A stretch of 60,954 nt of DNA, counting the filler, from Sphacelaria rigidula (Eukaryota), in NCBI GenBank assembly GCA_964200075.2. It is 7 parts of 7 records of this genome, joined end to end, with 100 filler letters (N's around TTAATTAATTAA, not from the genome) between each part and the next. Parts side by side here need not be neighbours in the genome. Positions count along the whole stretch, not along the records: positions 1 to 8,623 come from CAXNAA020010574.1; positions 8,724 to 17,346 come from CAXNAA020010575.1; 5 more parts are not named here. One strand, written 5' to 3'. The position numbers were made by a program, and so were the translations under genes. Shown here in pieces: positions 1 through 12,076 of the stretch (position 1 is the stretch's first letter; each line of letters begins with the position of its first letter). The notes beneath the pieces were generated by a model. It was not told the origin of the DNA. It saw only the letters and a program-made list of their open reading frames with translations, and ran no database searches.

Positions 1-278
1 GGCCCAACTCTAAATGTATAAAAGAGCATGGGCCTGCAAACTTCAAATCCGCCTCTAGGCTGGCCCAGCTCGTAATCACGTAATTTCCTTCTCTCTTCTT
101 TCCCCCGTCCTCTCGAGTTTCCCCGAGCCAGTGCTTCCTCCCGTGGCGTGTTACCTCGGGCGAGTCCGTCTTCTGTCACCACGCCTGAGCCCCACGGGAA
201 TTGGTGAGTGCGCGTTTACTAAACAACAAATCTATGGATCATTCAATGATCAAAATACATACATTAATGTGAACGCAC

Positions 279-389
279 CTGGCATCTATCTCGCCCACCC
301 CCTCAATGACGATATCGCAGTCCAGCAGGTTGGAACGCCAGATGGGCTGATGGGTATATGACCGCGGGTGTGGCCCAGGGGGTGGTCGT
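279..389 (-). CDS. AIFM1: AIF-like FAD-dependent oxidoreductase, internal exon (most 3' visible)
   Basis: gtgcag| acceptor and |gtgcgt donor, phase 2 matching the upstream exon. Encodes RPPPGPHPRSYTHQPIWRSNLLDCDIVIEGVGEIDA, which aligns with AIF [25 protein letters not shown]. Confidence 0.85.
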
Positions 390-681
390 CTGCACATTTT
401 TTTCAACAAGCATCCACAAAAGACAGCAAACATATACCGAGGAAAACCTGAGGGTGGGGTTCACGTTGCCCTACTGTAGCCTGAGTGTTGTTGTCAACTA
501 TAGACAACCTCGACAGGATGTGGTCAAAAGCTGCAAGAGATCAAAATTGTACTGCGTGAAGTATAGGCCTATGTGCAGCTATTGGCCACATACACGTTCA
601 AAACTTGCGATAGGAAAGTTGTACTGCGAAAAGTATAGGCCTATTGCAACTATTGTAGGTCCTACAATAGTTGCTATCATA

Positions 682-811
682 CCCTGGACAATAGAATACG
701 CGGTCAAAAAATGTACTGCGTACAGTATGGAATCTAATGTCTATTGCAATAGATATTAGATTCCATACTGTACGCAGTACATTTTTTTACCGTGTATTCT
801 ATTGTCCAGGG
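682..811. mobile_element. Palindromic MITE with CCCTGGACAA termini, TA-flanked
   Basis: Near-perfect foldback centred on CTATTGCAATAG, with TA on both sides. Imperfect arms extend to ~606-862. Related copies at 1338-1467, 12244-12373 and (partial) ~57760-57812. Confidence 0.8.
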
Positions 812-1337
812 TATGGTTGCAATAGGCCTATACTATACGCAGTACAAATTTTCCATTGCAAACATTGACCATACATGTCGTTGTCCACGGTGTGAAACAA
901 TAGTACTGTGTCATGTGAACTGTAGTAGTGTAGCGTCGATCCCAAACCTCACGGGAGTCCAGCGTTTGTTTTCACCACGAAAAACAAAATCTTACCATTT
1001 CTAGTTTTGACTCCGACCATTCACTCTACTCGGAAGACTGGTTTTTCATTTTTCTCCTTCTTCTTGCTCTTCTCCTTCCCTTTCTTGTTCATTTTTTTCC
1101 GCTTTGCATGGTTATCTTTTTGGACCCTCCCCCCGCCCCCCACTTCTAATTGTCCTCAGCAACGCCTTCCGCTTCGTTCACGTAGGGTACGCCCACCTTA
1201 TGGATGTTGAACACGGCGAAGAATCCCTCAGAAATCAATTAAGGTGCGACAATCAATCAAAAATATCAAAATCAACCAACACACCAGCTAACCACAGAAG
1301 TCATACTCTACTGTGACTTCCACTCCTCCTTTCCACA

Positions 1338-1467
1338 ACCTGGACAATGATTACATTGTCAAGAATCGTACTGCGTATAGTATGGAATGTATTGTCGATC
1401 GCAATAAACGCAAATAGCACATACTGTATGCAGTACACTTTTTGGCGCTGTAATATTGTGTCCAGGG
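1338..1467. mobile_element. Degenerate copy of the CCCTGGACAA palindromic MITE
   Basis: cctggacaa...gtccaggg ends and the internal gtactgcgtatagtatggaat motif shared with 682-811. Confidence 0.65.
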
Positions 1468-1534
1468 TGTGCTTCCCTTCCCCCCACGAGACTTTATCAT
1501 TTTTAGTCCTGTTTTCTCACTACTTTCATACAGT

Positions 1535-1690
1535 GATGGTCCCACTACAGTGCGGTCCCTCCAAAGTGCGGTCCTTCTACATCGCGGGGTCCTACTCGTA
1601 CTTCACTGCGGTCCCTCTGAAGTACGGTTCTTCTACAGTGTGGGGTTCCACTACGAGGCGGTCGCTCTAAAGTGCGGGGTCCCATCACAA
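1535..1690. repeat. Degenerate ~16-18 bp minisatellite (AGTGCGGTCCC core)
   Basis: About nine imperfect tandem copies of a gtgcggtccc-like unit. Confidence 0.7.
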
Positions 1691-2522
1691 GGTGGCGGAC
1701 ACCACTTCTCACAATTCCTACCCGCTACACTAATATCAACGAATTGCACTATGCCAGTCAAGTGTGGGCTCCCACTTAAGTGCGGTCATGCAGGGTTGAC
1801 AGGCCACAGCACTATTTTCGAACCTTCACTGTGCCCACACAATACCCGCTCCCCTAATTGGCATGCAATCAGTGACGAAACTGCAAAGCGGGTGTGTCTA
1901 TCTGACCTGGCCTCACCTGAACTGGTGTATCGGCAAACTCCAAGAGAATTTAACGGCATCCCAAAGTGGTGTGGGTGAGAAACTACCCTATTCACATACG
2001 CAGCGAGCAACATGGAGGTTATTCTCGACAAGAAATGCAAACTAATGGCAGTAAAAATATCAAATTTGAAAAACTGGACGAAGCAATGCCTTCTTCATTT
2101 CATGTTCACACTCCTGAACTAGAGAACAACCATCTTTGATTTGTTGATGACGACCCGCTACACTACGAGTACTTCTTGATTTATGGATAATGACGGTCGC
2201 ATGAAAATCACGAATAGTTTCATACATGGATGACTTACTGCACTACCGAAAGCACAAAAAAATTGACTACAGATGATGACCGGATATCGCGAGCTAACAC
2301 CCCCGAACGCCTCGCTGCGCCCCCTCCCTCCCGGCAGAATAGGGGGTAGGTACAGTACAAGTGCAGAGTAGTGACACGAACCAGGGTTGTGCACGTGACA
2401 GTCTCGTGTCGGATGAAGAAGGGATTGGTGAAGTCACGGTAGAGTATGACTTACTCCGGCGAGAGGGCATACACACCCCATGTGTCGATGTGTAGAAAAT
2501 GTCAGATCGCTGTACACTAAAC

Positions 2523-3070
2523 CCAGGTTGTGCTCTATAGGGTACGGGTATGTTTTGTAGTGTACGGGATTTCTTACAGAACTTACAGAAATATCAGGTA
2601 CCGGTATGAAAGTCTTACAGAAATTACACAACTGTCGGGTATTGGATGAAAGTCCTACAGAAATTACAAAACTTGTCGGGTACGGTACAGGAGGCTTGCA
2701 GAAACTCGTACTGGCAATGGGGTATTTCTTCAAGGGCATACCCGCGCTCCGGGTACGGACATACATCATGAACAGAACCCAAAGAACTGTCGGGCAAGGG
2801 TATGTGAGGCGTACGAAACTCACATAAACTGTCGGGCAGGGTATGAAGGCTCCACAGAAAACGGTACCCGCAACCGGGTATCTTATCAACAGCATACCCG
2901 TGCCCCCGGTAACGGTACTTACAGCACTCACAGAACTATCGGGGGAGGGTATGAAAGTCTTACAGACTTTACAGAACTGTCGGGTACCGGTATGAAAGTG
3001 TCAGGTACGGTAAATACCCGGAAAAATACCCGGGTACACAGAAAACCGTATGCTACAGAACACAACCTTG
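2523..3070. mobile_element. Non-autonomous hAT-like element (CAAGGTTGTG TIR family)
   Basis: TIRs ccaggttgtgctctatagggtacgg / ccgtatgctacagaacacaaccttg. 8-bp TSD CACTAAAC / CACTGAAC. Internal gtcgggta sub-repeats. Confidence 0.85.
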
Positions 3071-4030
3071 CACTGAACTACTTCTTCACGTTTTCGTGTC
3101 ACATCGAATATGTTCTACAAAAGTTGCTCTACAACATGCCCCTACCCACCCCAACGCGGAGCGATACAATCCCACACGGAAGAGTCCAGAGGTATAGCAG
3201 CTGCTTTTGTGGGAAAAACCACCACCACACAAATGGGTATATGCTTAAACAGCCGTATTGTAGACCATGCTAGACACTATAATTTGATCAGACCAGATCG
3301 GGGAAAACGATTAGCTGCCGTGAAAGTTCATGCAGCACACGGAAAGAAAAAAAAATGTGGTGTCTCGGACAGTACTACTACAGTAAACCAATTTCTAGAA
3401 AACAACGGGAAACGGAGTGCATTCGAGAGGAGGCGGCGTTAACCCTACTTCGGCGAAAATGATCCACTCCATTGATTGGTTGATTGTCGCACTTGAACTT
3501 ATCCCTCACAGACCCAGCGGTAGTCATCATTCACAAGATAGACCTAACCGAGATACAAGAAAAATAACATGGGAACACATGCCGAAGAAACGTGAAGAGA
3601 TAAAAAAGAAAGGTACAACAGACAAAAAGGGCCGGCTAAAAATAAAAAAAGGAGGAAAAGATAGAGGAATCAGAACAATAATATATATATGTAGAGAGAG
3701 AAAGAAATCGGAACAAAACACCAACACCAACCATGGTTGACACGTCTTTCGTTCTTGGCAAACCTCAACACTAACCCTTGCACTGACCCCAACCCAAGGC
3801 AGACAAAGAACCCTCGGGCAAGGGGGGATACGTGTAGAGAGTTATTTCATGATAGGGAGGGGGAGGAAAGGGGGAAATTCGATTCCACGAAGAAAGGCTC
3901 GTGAGTGTGCCAGACGTCCTAACACAGTCGCGGTGCGCTTGTGTTCGGGTGACAAAAATATGTAACACCCGCCATCGAACAACTGTTGCTGTATCCTTGG
4001 AAGAAATGGCCCCATATACCCCCACACACA

Positions 4031-4410
4031 CCCTATCGTAGGATGACTCTAGAGCCTCCAACAAACTATGCCTTGGAAAACCTCAAATCGGCGCCTGTGC
4101 CGCTGTAACGCGTGGGGCCCCAAGAAGATCAAAATATGATGTGTCACACTACAACCAGTACACTTCCCACCAATGCTGAGCCATGCCACGGTAGGGTTGG
4201 TTGCACACAAGACTTCCCCAAGTTTTTGACGCGTGGAGAGTTCTTCGTATCATCCAAATGACGACTTGTGAAGAAAAAAAATGTGAGAACACGTCGCGAT
4301 TCGGCATTCCTGTGCACTGTTGACTACGGAGGTATGACAAGAGGGTTCTGAAAACGGGAATACCCTGACCCATATCCCTGCGTTGATTTTCGGGTCATCC
4401 TACGATGGGG
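4031..4410. mobile_element. MITE with 17-bp TIR
   Basis: ccctatcgtaggatgac ... gtcatcctacgatgggg (16/17 match). Another left end at ~4835. Confidence 0.65.
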
Positions 4411-4638
4411 GAGCGGAGTGTTAGGTTTCACGAAAGACAGGGGCTGACAGGGGTGTGTCACACGACCCAGCTACGCGCGATGCATTTGTATTTGGGTAAA
4501 AACAGTGTGAAGTGGTATGAATGAGTGTGTCTCACTGGTACCAAGCGCGTTCAAACAAACCTTGCTGCTGTCAACGACGATTTGAGGTGGAATTTCGTGG
4601 AAGAAATGTCACGAAAAAAGCCCCCCCCCTCCCCCCCT

Positions 4639-4838
4639 AGGACGGACGGGGATAAGATATGTAATGGGCTTTTGTGCAATGTATGGAAGAAACGTAACGA
4701 ACGCCGAAACGTTGGAGGTGTCTCCGTGAGGAGTAGAGACGGTGCTCCGTCTCGAAAGGGATGCGTGGTCAATGATCAAACGACTAAGGCAAGCAACAAA
4801 GGAGTACTCCCCCCCCTCCCCCCCTATCGCCCCCCCCT
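4639..4838 (+). mobile_element. LINE 3' end fragment
   Basis: Encodes ...RSRDGAPSRKGCVVNDQTTKASNK followed by a C-rich tail. Same sequence as the end of the LINE at 9640-11590. Confidence 0.8.
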
Positions 4839-4978
4839 ATCGTAGGATGGCTTCTTCCAACTTGAGGAGTCCCCCAATGAGAAACGTCCGAGACCAAATG
4901 CAGTGGCAAAACTCCACCTACGTTCACCAAATTGGGGGGAATAAACTCTAGAGGTTGAGAGACAGCTACTATAGCTAC

Positions 4979-5159
4979 CTGCGAACCACAGGACGAGGTT
5001 CTTCGCCGCCCTCCGATTCGGACAAGTGAGTGCTACTGGTCCTTGTCGTCATACTCTTGCCGCTGCTGCCACTTGTGCGAGGCGTTTTTTTGCTGCGTCC
5101 CGAGTCTTCCAGCACGTGGTCGTTCTGAGCAGCCTTGAGCGTAGCGGCCATGTTGTACC
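4979..5159 (-). CDS. AIFM1: AIF-like oxidoreductase, internal exon with low-complexity insertion
   Basis: ttcag| acceptor and |gtagct donor. The phase-1 join gives SGLCAG-YNMAA (cf. AIF SGRLAGENMTG), followed by a Ser/Thr/Lys/Glu-rich stretch. Ends in phase 2. Confidence 0.8.
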
Positions 5160-5738
5160 CTGAAGTGTTTGGAAAAAAAAAAGTCATGATCAAATACATT
5201 GCAGTATCCAAGGGAACGCGGTGATCGTAGAGGACTCATGTAAGTCTCACTTGAAACGCCAACTTTGCAACAAAAAAAAATGTCTCGATTCAAAAACAAA
5301 ATCCGGTACCGCAAGATACATACGAAGCGATTATAGGGGGACAGCATACAGTACGTCACAAAATAAAATAGATATACAAGATTTCCCTTCGGGAGGTTGG
5401 TACGGGCCTCCCGGGGGTGACGCAAGTCGAAAATATATGGTTAAGAGAGGCTGTTGTATCTCAATGCCCAGTACAGTAGCAGGGATTGCGGCTCTACAGA
5501 ACATGCGTGTGTTTTCGGATGTCGTTCGGAAATATGGGAATTCGGACGGAGGCCGACGGGGGAAGCGCCGGCTGTACGAGTACAACACAAGCAAAGTGCA
5601 TTGAATAAAGAACAAAACGATATACAGAAACAAAAGGCAAACAGCAGGAAATAAAAGAGAAGGGTAAGGAGCGGTAAAGGACAAAACGAGGGGAAACGAA
5701 AAAAATAGAAAGCCTCTCTATACAGACGAAGCACTTGC

Positions 5739-5886
5739 CTGCGCACAGTCCTGAATTGACAGAGTGATCGTAGCTGGCGATGCGTCGCCTCCCCAATGCC
5801 GGGTCGAAGTAAGATGCCAAGTTGCCAGCGGCGTACACCCCGTTCACCGCTTCGAATAGCCCATTCACCACTATCCCTCCGTTGCT
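5739..5886 (-). CDS. AIFM1: AIF-like oxidoreductase, internal exon (second FAD-binding region)
   Basis: Poly-T...catgtag| acceptor. SNGGIVVNGLFEAVNGVYAAGNLASYFDPALGRRRIASYDHSVNSGLCA aligns with AIF [47 protein letters not shown]. The donor is GCAAGT. Confidence 0.88.
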
Positions 5887-7234
5887 CTACATGAAAAAAA
5901 AAAAAAAACGGCAAAAAAAAAGTGACAGAGTCCTGTGAATACCATGTTAAATACGGTTTTATCGAGCCCGTTACTCGAGCTGAGATTTCGATCACCAAAG
6001 CAAACGTGTCGTAACTTCTTCACTACACTACCGAAACGCTGTTCCAGAATCCCATAAAGAGCGTTCACTTTTATGGGTCCTATTTTATTCCGCATGTCGA
6101 TTTCTTGATGAGATATCTTGGCTGGTTAGCCTGCGACCACGGAAGGCGTCCCATCAGATGGACTAATATGGAAGTTGGAGTACGGCGCAGAAATCGGCAC
6201 GTTTTTTTTACCCTTTCGGTCTTGGCGATGGCAAAGTGTGGATTTCGATGCGCTGTTTTTGGCACCAAATAAATAGGCACTGGTCGTTGTATAAAATTCA
6301 AAGTCAAATCAGCAATTTTTTCGTTGTTTTCCATGATTCTTGAACGGATGTCAGCAGGGATTCTTGGGTTGGTGGACACACACACGTACCTACTCAAGCC
6401 CCATGTACCGCAGAGAGGTGAATAAGATTGAGTTGTCGCGTTTTTTTGTCCAGGCCCCACCTGGGCTTCATTTCCCTCCGCCAGCTGGCTACTACAGCCC
6501 CAGGACAGTACATATCGACGATATCTTCCCAAGAACCATGTCATCATGAAGCAAGCTTGCGGTGTACCTTCGAAAGCGGGCGGTGCTCTAGCACACAGGG
6601 TCGCACACGCAGGAGAGATACATATTTACGCTAGCTGCCCGATGTCTGGTGCGTAGAGTACTTAATCGTCTTCGCCATTGCATCTCAAAATAATTTCTGT
6701 CGCGGTACTAACTGTGTCTTTACCGCAAGATGCGCCAACCCTGGCCAGGCGGTGGGCATCGCGTGAGTTTCTGTACGGCACCGATCACCACGAGCCATCT
6801 AGAACTAAAGCACGACGGCCAACAATAGAGAGCCAGAAGCATCTATTGATGCCGGTATAGTCCTTATCTCGGAGTTGTGCCGTCCGGGCAGCATGAAACA
6901 TCGCACAACGACGATGATAGCACTGTCTGATCTAATGCCCCGTATCCAAAGCCGTGCAGGATACAGGAGGAGCAAGCTAAGCACAAATGGAGGCTGCAAC
7001 GCCAACCCCGGCCATCAAAACCATAGCATAGGCACGACGACGCTCATAGCGAACGTTGGGTACACCAACCAACCCGTCAACAGAAGGACAAAAGCACCCC
7101 TTGTAAGGCCGTTGTTGTCCTGGATACCATCTCTCCGCCGCACGGTCCTGTACTGCGGCTGCGGGCTGCAGAAGGCCGGTGAAGACGAGTGTGACGGGGT
7201 TCAACTAAAATCCGAGTTTGCGTTTTTCAATGCG

Positions 7235-7755
7235 TTACGTCATGTAGAGGGATTTGTAACACTTTAAATGAAATAACTTGAAATTAGGGCATGCGTTACA
7301 TAATTCGACCCGTGACCGTGAATCCATGGCCCTGTTTGATGAACGACATATGGTTGAGAATTTACAGCTTTCACGTAAAACTATTAGCCCGAGGCGTGTT
7401 TTTCGGACCCGTATTAAAATGCGCCGCAGGGGAACACGGGACTCAGTATATAAAAATTGGATATGTGGTGCCGGTTTTTGTTTGTATAGACTACAGGGAT
7501 CTGTGTGCTGATTTTGGCTGTGTGCACAAACTTGAACAAACTTGACCCGTTGCGTCCCCTCACAGGATAAAACTAATCCGACCGCACCGGGGTGACATAT
7601 TTGGTGCGCGCATGACGTATGGTGGTGGATTCTTCTGTGGCCTTTGACCGTAAAAATGGTTGCCGTCGATCTTATCTGTTCCAATCTTTCCTTCGTCAGG
7701 GCTTGAAATAATGAGGCGTCTGGCCCGGGGGCGGAAGGGGAAGGTTCCGAAAGGG
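7235..7755 (-). mobile_element. Possible piggyBac-like remnant (TTAA-CCCTTT terminus plus Cys/His-rich ORF end)
   Basis: TTAA at 7756-7759 abuts ccctttcggaacc on the minus strand. The adjacent ORF ends ...RSRVELCNACPNFKLFHLKCYKSL, reminiscent of a piggyBac C-terminal Cys-rich domain. The second end was not found. Confidence 0.35.
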
Positions 7756-7766
7756 TTAATGTGAAG

Positions 7767-7767
<1 letters not shown>

Positions 7768-7829
<62 letters not shown>
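7768..7829. repeat. (CAA)n microsatellite
   Basis: Perfect trinucleotide run. Confidence 0.95.
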
Positions 7830-7832
<3 letters not shown>

Positions 7833-8342
7833 GTATGTATACCGCGAATTCAGAAACCATCAAATTTTTCAAAAAAAAAAAATCCGTTTCAAAATATGCA
7901 TCCTTGTCAAAATGTCACCATGGTATTCTCGTTCCAGACACGGTAGATTTTCTTCTCATTTTTTTTGTTCTTACATTTTTCCGGATAAATATTTTGTGAG
8001 ACTATGGTGATACCGGTTGGCTTCGTTTAGTTGATGGCGTCCACTCTGTTTTTGCATCCCTTTTCACCTCTCCATGCCACGTTGCCCCATTCCCCCTTCT
8101 TGGACATCAGAGAGTTTCGGAAAGCGCTTTTTTTGCCATTTTAGAGAACAATTATCTCATGCTCCCGGTGCAACGTAAAAAAAACACCTCAATGAAGGAA
8201 AGTCAAGGAGGATACCACATTTGACGGAGGGGGAAACAATTTTTCGTTACGCTCTGATCCCGAGACATTCGCACTCTGAAAGGAAAAAAAAAGCGTTTTA
8301 CGAAACTCTCTATTTTTCACCTATTAGTAGGGGTCTTATTAA

Positions 8343-8511
8343 CCCTTTTGGGGCCAGGGTGGACTAACCAAGGGGTGAGGACCCTTTGTGAATCGGCGTC
8401 ATCTTCACTTGAAAAAAACTGAAAATGATGTCGTTTCATAAATGGACCCTGCGCGAAGACCAGGCCCTCACTCACCTAACCCCTGGATAATGAGTCCGGT
8501 CCCAAAAAGGG
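8343..8511. mobile_element. piggyBac-type MITE
   Basis: TTAA on both sides (8339-8342, 8512-8515). TIRs cccttttggggccag / ccggtcccaaaaaggg. Confidence 0.8.
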
Positions 8512-8554
8512 TTAACGGGGCACTTTTTTCGGATTTTTTCCCGATGACTTGGAT

Positions 8555-8589
<35 letters not shown>

Positions 8590-8623
8590 TTCCCGGCAAC
8601 ACCCCAAACAACCAAACACCAGC

Positions 8624-8723
8624 NNNNNNNNNNNNNNNNNNNNNNNNNNNNNNNNNNNNNNNNNNNNTTAATTAATTAANNNNNNNNNNNNNNNNNNNNN
8701 NNNNNNNNNNNNNNNNNNNNNNN
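8624..8723. other. Artificial contig-joining spacer N44-TTAATTAATTAA-N44
   Basis: Identical 100-nt spacer occurs six times at ~8.72-kb spacing. The linker has stops in all six frames. Confidence 0.98.
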
Positions 8724-8759
<36 letters not shown>

Positions 8760-8912
8760 AGTAGTAGTGGTAGTAGTAGTAACCATCATAATCATCATAA
8801 TCATCATAATCATCATCATCATAATCATCATATTAATCATACCGATAATAATAATATTCAAAAGCATAATAATCATCGTAATCATAATAGTAATCATCAT
8901 CATCATCATAAT
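8724..8912. repeat. (AGT)n then (ATC/ATA)n microsatellite
   Basis: Direct inspection. Confidence 0.9.
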
Positions 8913-9269
8913 ATACCTGTAGCACAGGAACAAGAAAGAAATGCGCCTCAAGCTTCTTGTCGAGGTATGCCCTCCCTTTTGCGAAGGACTAGAGCTACCT
9001 TGTCTGCACATGGGCGGCTGAATAGCAGTGCCTTGCACTGAAAGAGCGACATCGTATATTTCGGTATAGCTCTAATCGTAAGTGCTCCTTTCGTCCTCGC
9101 CCGATGTACGGATATTTTCACGTGCGTCCATGCTCGCACATGTCACCGCTCTGCTTACAGTGCGGGGGTGCAATGCTGTTTGCCTGATAATTCTCGCAGA
9201 GCCGAGCTCTGGAAAATTCGGGGTTCTTGCTAACGAGTGGTTCGACTGCGCCTACTTTCAGGCCGCGCG

Positions 9270-9360
9270 ATGCCCAATGCCCCATGCCCCATGCCCCATG
9301 CCCCATGCCCCATGCCCCATGCCCCATGCCCAATGCCCAATGCCCAATGCCCAATGCCCA
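9270..9360. repeat. (ATGCCCC/ATGCCCA)n heptanucleotide repeat
   Basis: About 13 tandem 7-mers. Confidence 0.9.
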
Positions 9361-9639
9361 CTTTACCGTTCGGAGATTAGTGCGTGCATAAATGGACATG
9401 TTTGAGACAAAACGGTACCTTATCAGCTCGAACCATTGAGACAGAATGGCCAAGAATAATGCATATTATAGTGTTTTCCCTGACAGTGTCGGATTCCGGA
9501 GTTATGAGCAGCATGACTGACCTAGTACCTGACTGTGAATGGTCATCCTTATCCAAATCTCGCTCGTTTCCCCGTATATGCAGCCATTATCGCTCGAGCG
9601 TACTGAAACTTCTAACGAGGGAGCTTGTCCGCTCAAACG

Positions 9640-11590
9640 ACGGCGATACGGACAAACAGCTAACAGACGACAGCTGTGAAAATAGAAGAGAAAGAAAAAC
9701 TAGAAATACATGAAAAATATCAAGAGTTCCAAGAAGATATGACCAAAATTGCAGTGGAATTTCCGAGCTGTTGGAAAGTGCAGGTACAGATAATCCGAAA
9801 TAGAAAGGGATTGGGCAAGGGCGAAAACTATAGAAGGGTGGGAGCAACAGATGAGGACCACAGCAGGTTACGTCATTGAGAAGAAACTGATCGTATGCAA
9901 CAGAGCAGTAAAATGCTCGGATGGGAAAAGTAAGGGAATCTGGAAGAGTAAGCAGAGAGGCCAACGCAAGATATACAGCGAGCAAAACTACAGTAGGGTG
10001 GGAGGAGTATGCTAAAGCTAGACAAGAAGAAAAATAAATGGTCAATGAGGTAGAGAAGAGAATATGGAAAAATGTATTTAGTACGACAAATGGATATTTC
10101 GATGGCGGGATGAAGCAAACGTGGGTAGGGATAACAGGGATGCTGGGAAAACACGCAAGAGAGGTAGACAAGGGAATGGCCACGCTAAGAGCACACGGCG
10201 GTAAAATGGTTAGTTCTTTCAAGGGGAAGAAAGAAGTACAGTACGAGTAAAGCACCATCGAAAACTAGGAATGCCGACAACTGAGAAGAGATTCGACGTG
10301 GAATTCGAGAAAGAAACCGATGCGGTGGTAGAGCAAAAGTAGCCGTATCAAAGCAGGAAGATAGTGGTACAAAACAAATGCAGAGAGGAATTGCCGATAG
10401 TAGACCAGTAAACATACCTTGGCGGAGAGATCTAAAAATACTGCTGTTGGGATGCACGCGTAGATATACCAATAGGAAAGGGTGAGGCGCAGATAGACGA
10501 GATGAACACGATCCTAATAGACGCGCACCTCGATACTAGGGTATTTGGATTAAAATATGTTTTTCGATGAAAGTGATTGCTCCGAAGCTAGGGTATGCAG
10601 GAGAGGTATGGGAAGGGAACGCAAAGTTGGTGAAGCAGCTGAAAACAATACAGATGGCAGCAGCCAAAAAATACTCGGATGCTCACAAACGACCAACAAA
10701 ACAGTATTGAGAGCAAAATTAGTAAAATTTACCTACTTGAAACACATACTGACAAGGAAATGAAATAACAATATCACTCAAGGAACATGCCAAGATAGAG
10801 ATTGCCAGGGGTAGTTAATAGGGTTGTATGGGGAATATATATATATATATATATATACCCAGAGTGCAGGCTGGAATAAGGTGTACCCAAGAAGGTTTGG
10901 AGGGATACAAGAAACCAAGACGAGATGGTGCCCGTAGATATGTGAGGGATACAAGACGACAGCGAGAGTAATGATCGAAATAAGGGGGAAACAGGTGCTA
11001 AGACGGAGAGTAGACGAGGAAGAGCACCTACCTGAAGATATACGGGGGGTTGGGGGGGGGGGGAGGGATGACAGCATATCTGCGCGGCCCAATGAACTAC
11101 GAGGAAAAAAGTTGAAAAATAAATTTCGGTCGCGGGACCTCGACATGCCAGAAACGAGAAAGAGGTATTCTAGTAGTCAGGTGGAGCGGGAAATAGATGC
11201 ACAGAATTGCCCCTGTGGCGAAGCAACAGAGAGCAGAAGTCATACAGTGGTAGAATGTGAACTATACAAGGTGGAACAGGACGCGTTGGAGGGGGAAATG
11301 TGGGAAGTAACCGAAGCTGGCATGAAAAGGTTTGGTACATAACAGAGTGGCGAGAAAACGATCGCTATACCAGGAGATAGGTGGTGGCCACAGACGGCGA
11401 AGCAAGAAGAGGGATAACATATGTGAAACAAAGTGTGCAATGCATGGGAGAGACATAATAAGCGCCCAAATGTTGACGGTGTTTCTGTGAGGAGAGGAAA
11501 CGGTGCTCTGTCTCGAAAGGAATGCATGGTGAATGGTCAATCGGCGAAGGTAACCAACAGATAAGTACACCCTGCCCCCCTTCCCCCACC
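9640..11590 (+). mobile_element. Decayed non-LTR retrotransposon (LINE) ORF2 remnant, RT core deleted
   Basis: Frameshifted pieces GGMKQTWVGITGMLGK..., EELPIVDQ-TYLG..., KLGYAGEVWEGNAKLVKQLKTIQMAAAKKILGCS, a C-terminal knuckle NCPCGEATESRSHTVVEC, and the family 3' end with C-rich tail. Confidence 0.85.
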
Positions 11591-12076
11591 GTCCAAGTGC
11601 ACGGGTGTGTCGCAACAATCACAATTTATCCCTACGTGAGAAAACTGCACGGCGTTGGATCACTACAACGTGTGGCATTTCTAGTGGGGGACGTGACAAG
11701 AGGCTGAATTTTCTTGTTTGAAAATAGAGCATAAACCAGCACATCGTGACACACGTTACAGGGGGTGCATGAATGACGATTTCTCACAAGACGCGCCAAG
11801 TAAGGTGTCGGCAAATATCCGAAGTAAGCACTCTACACGAAGAACTAAAGAACAAGCGAGATAGGGCTGCTAGCTCTAAACATGATGGGCTGGCGATTCC
11901 AGACGCGCTCGCTCAGCTGCCGAAACTAATTATTATGCTTTTGACGCCCCATCCACGACGTTATGAAAGCTGCGCGATTCACAATAAATCACCCCATCTT
12001 TACATACAGTGCTGCTCGCTCGTGTGTCGCTGGAACCAAAACGATAACTATTTTTCCCCGCGGGAGCGAACAACAG

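Noticed and set aside
5400-5575. Extra AIF exon after a tcgtacag acceptor-like site
   Set aside because: Flanking exons already join in phase with continuous homology, and no frame here resembles AIF.
9587-10258. 223-aa minus-strand ORF and similar long ORFs (52390-53010, 31116-31649, 49344-49886)
   Set aside because: Antisense shadows of LINE or real coding sequence on the other strand.
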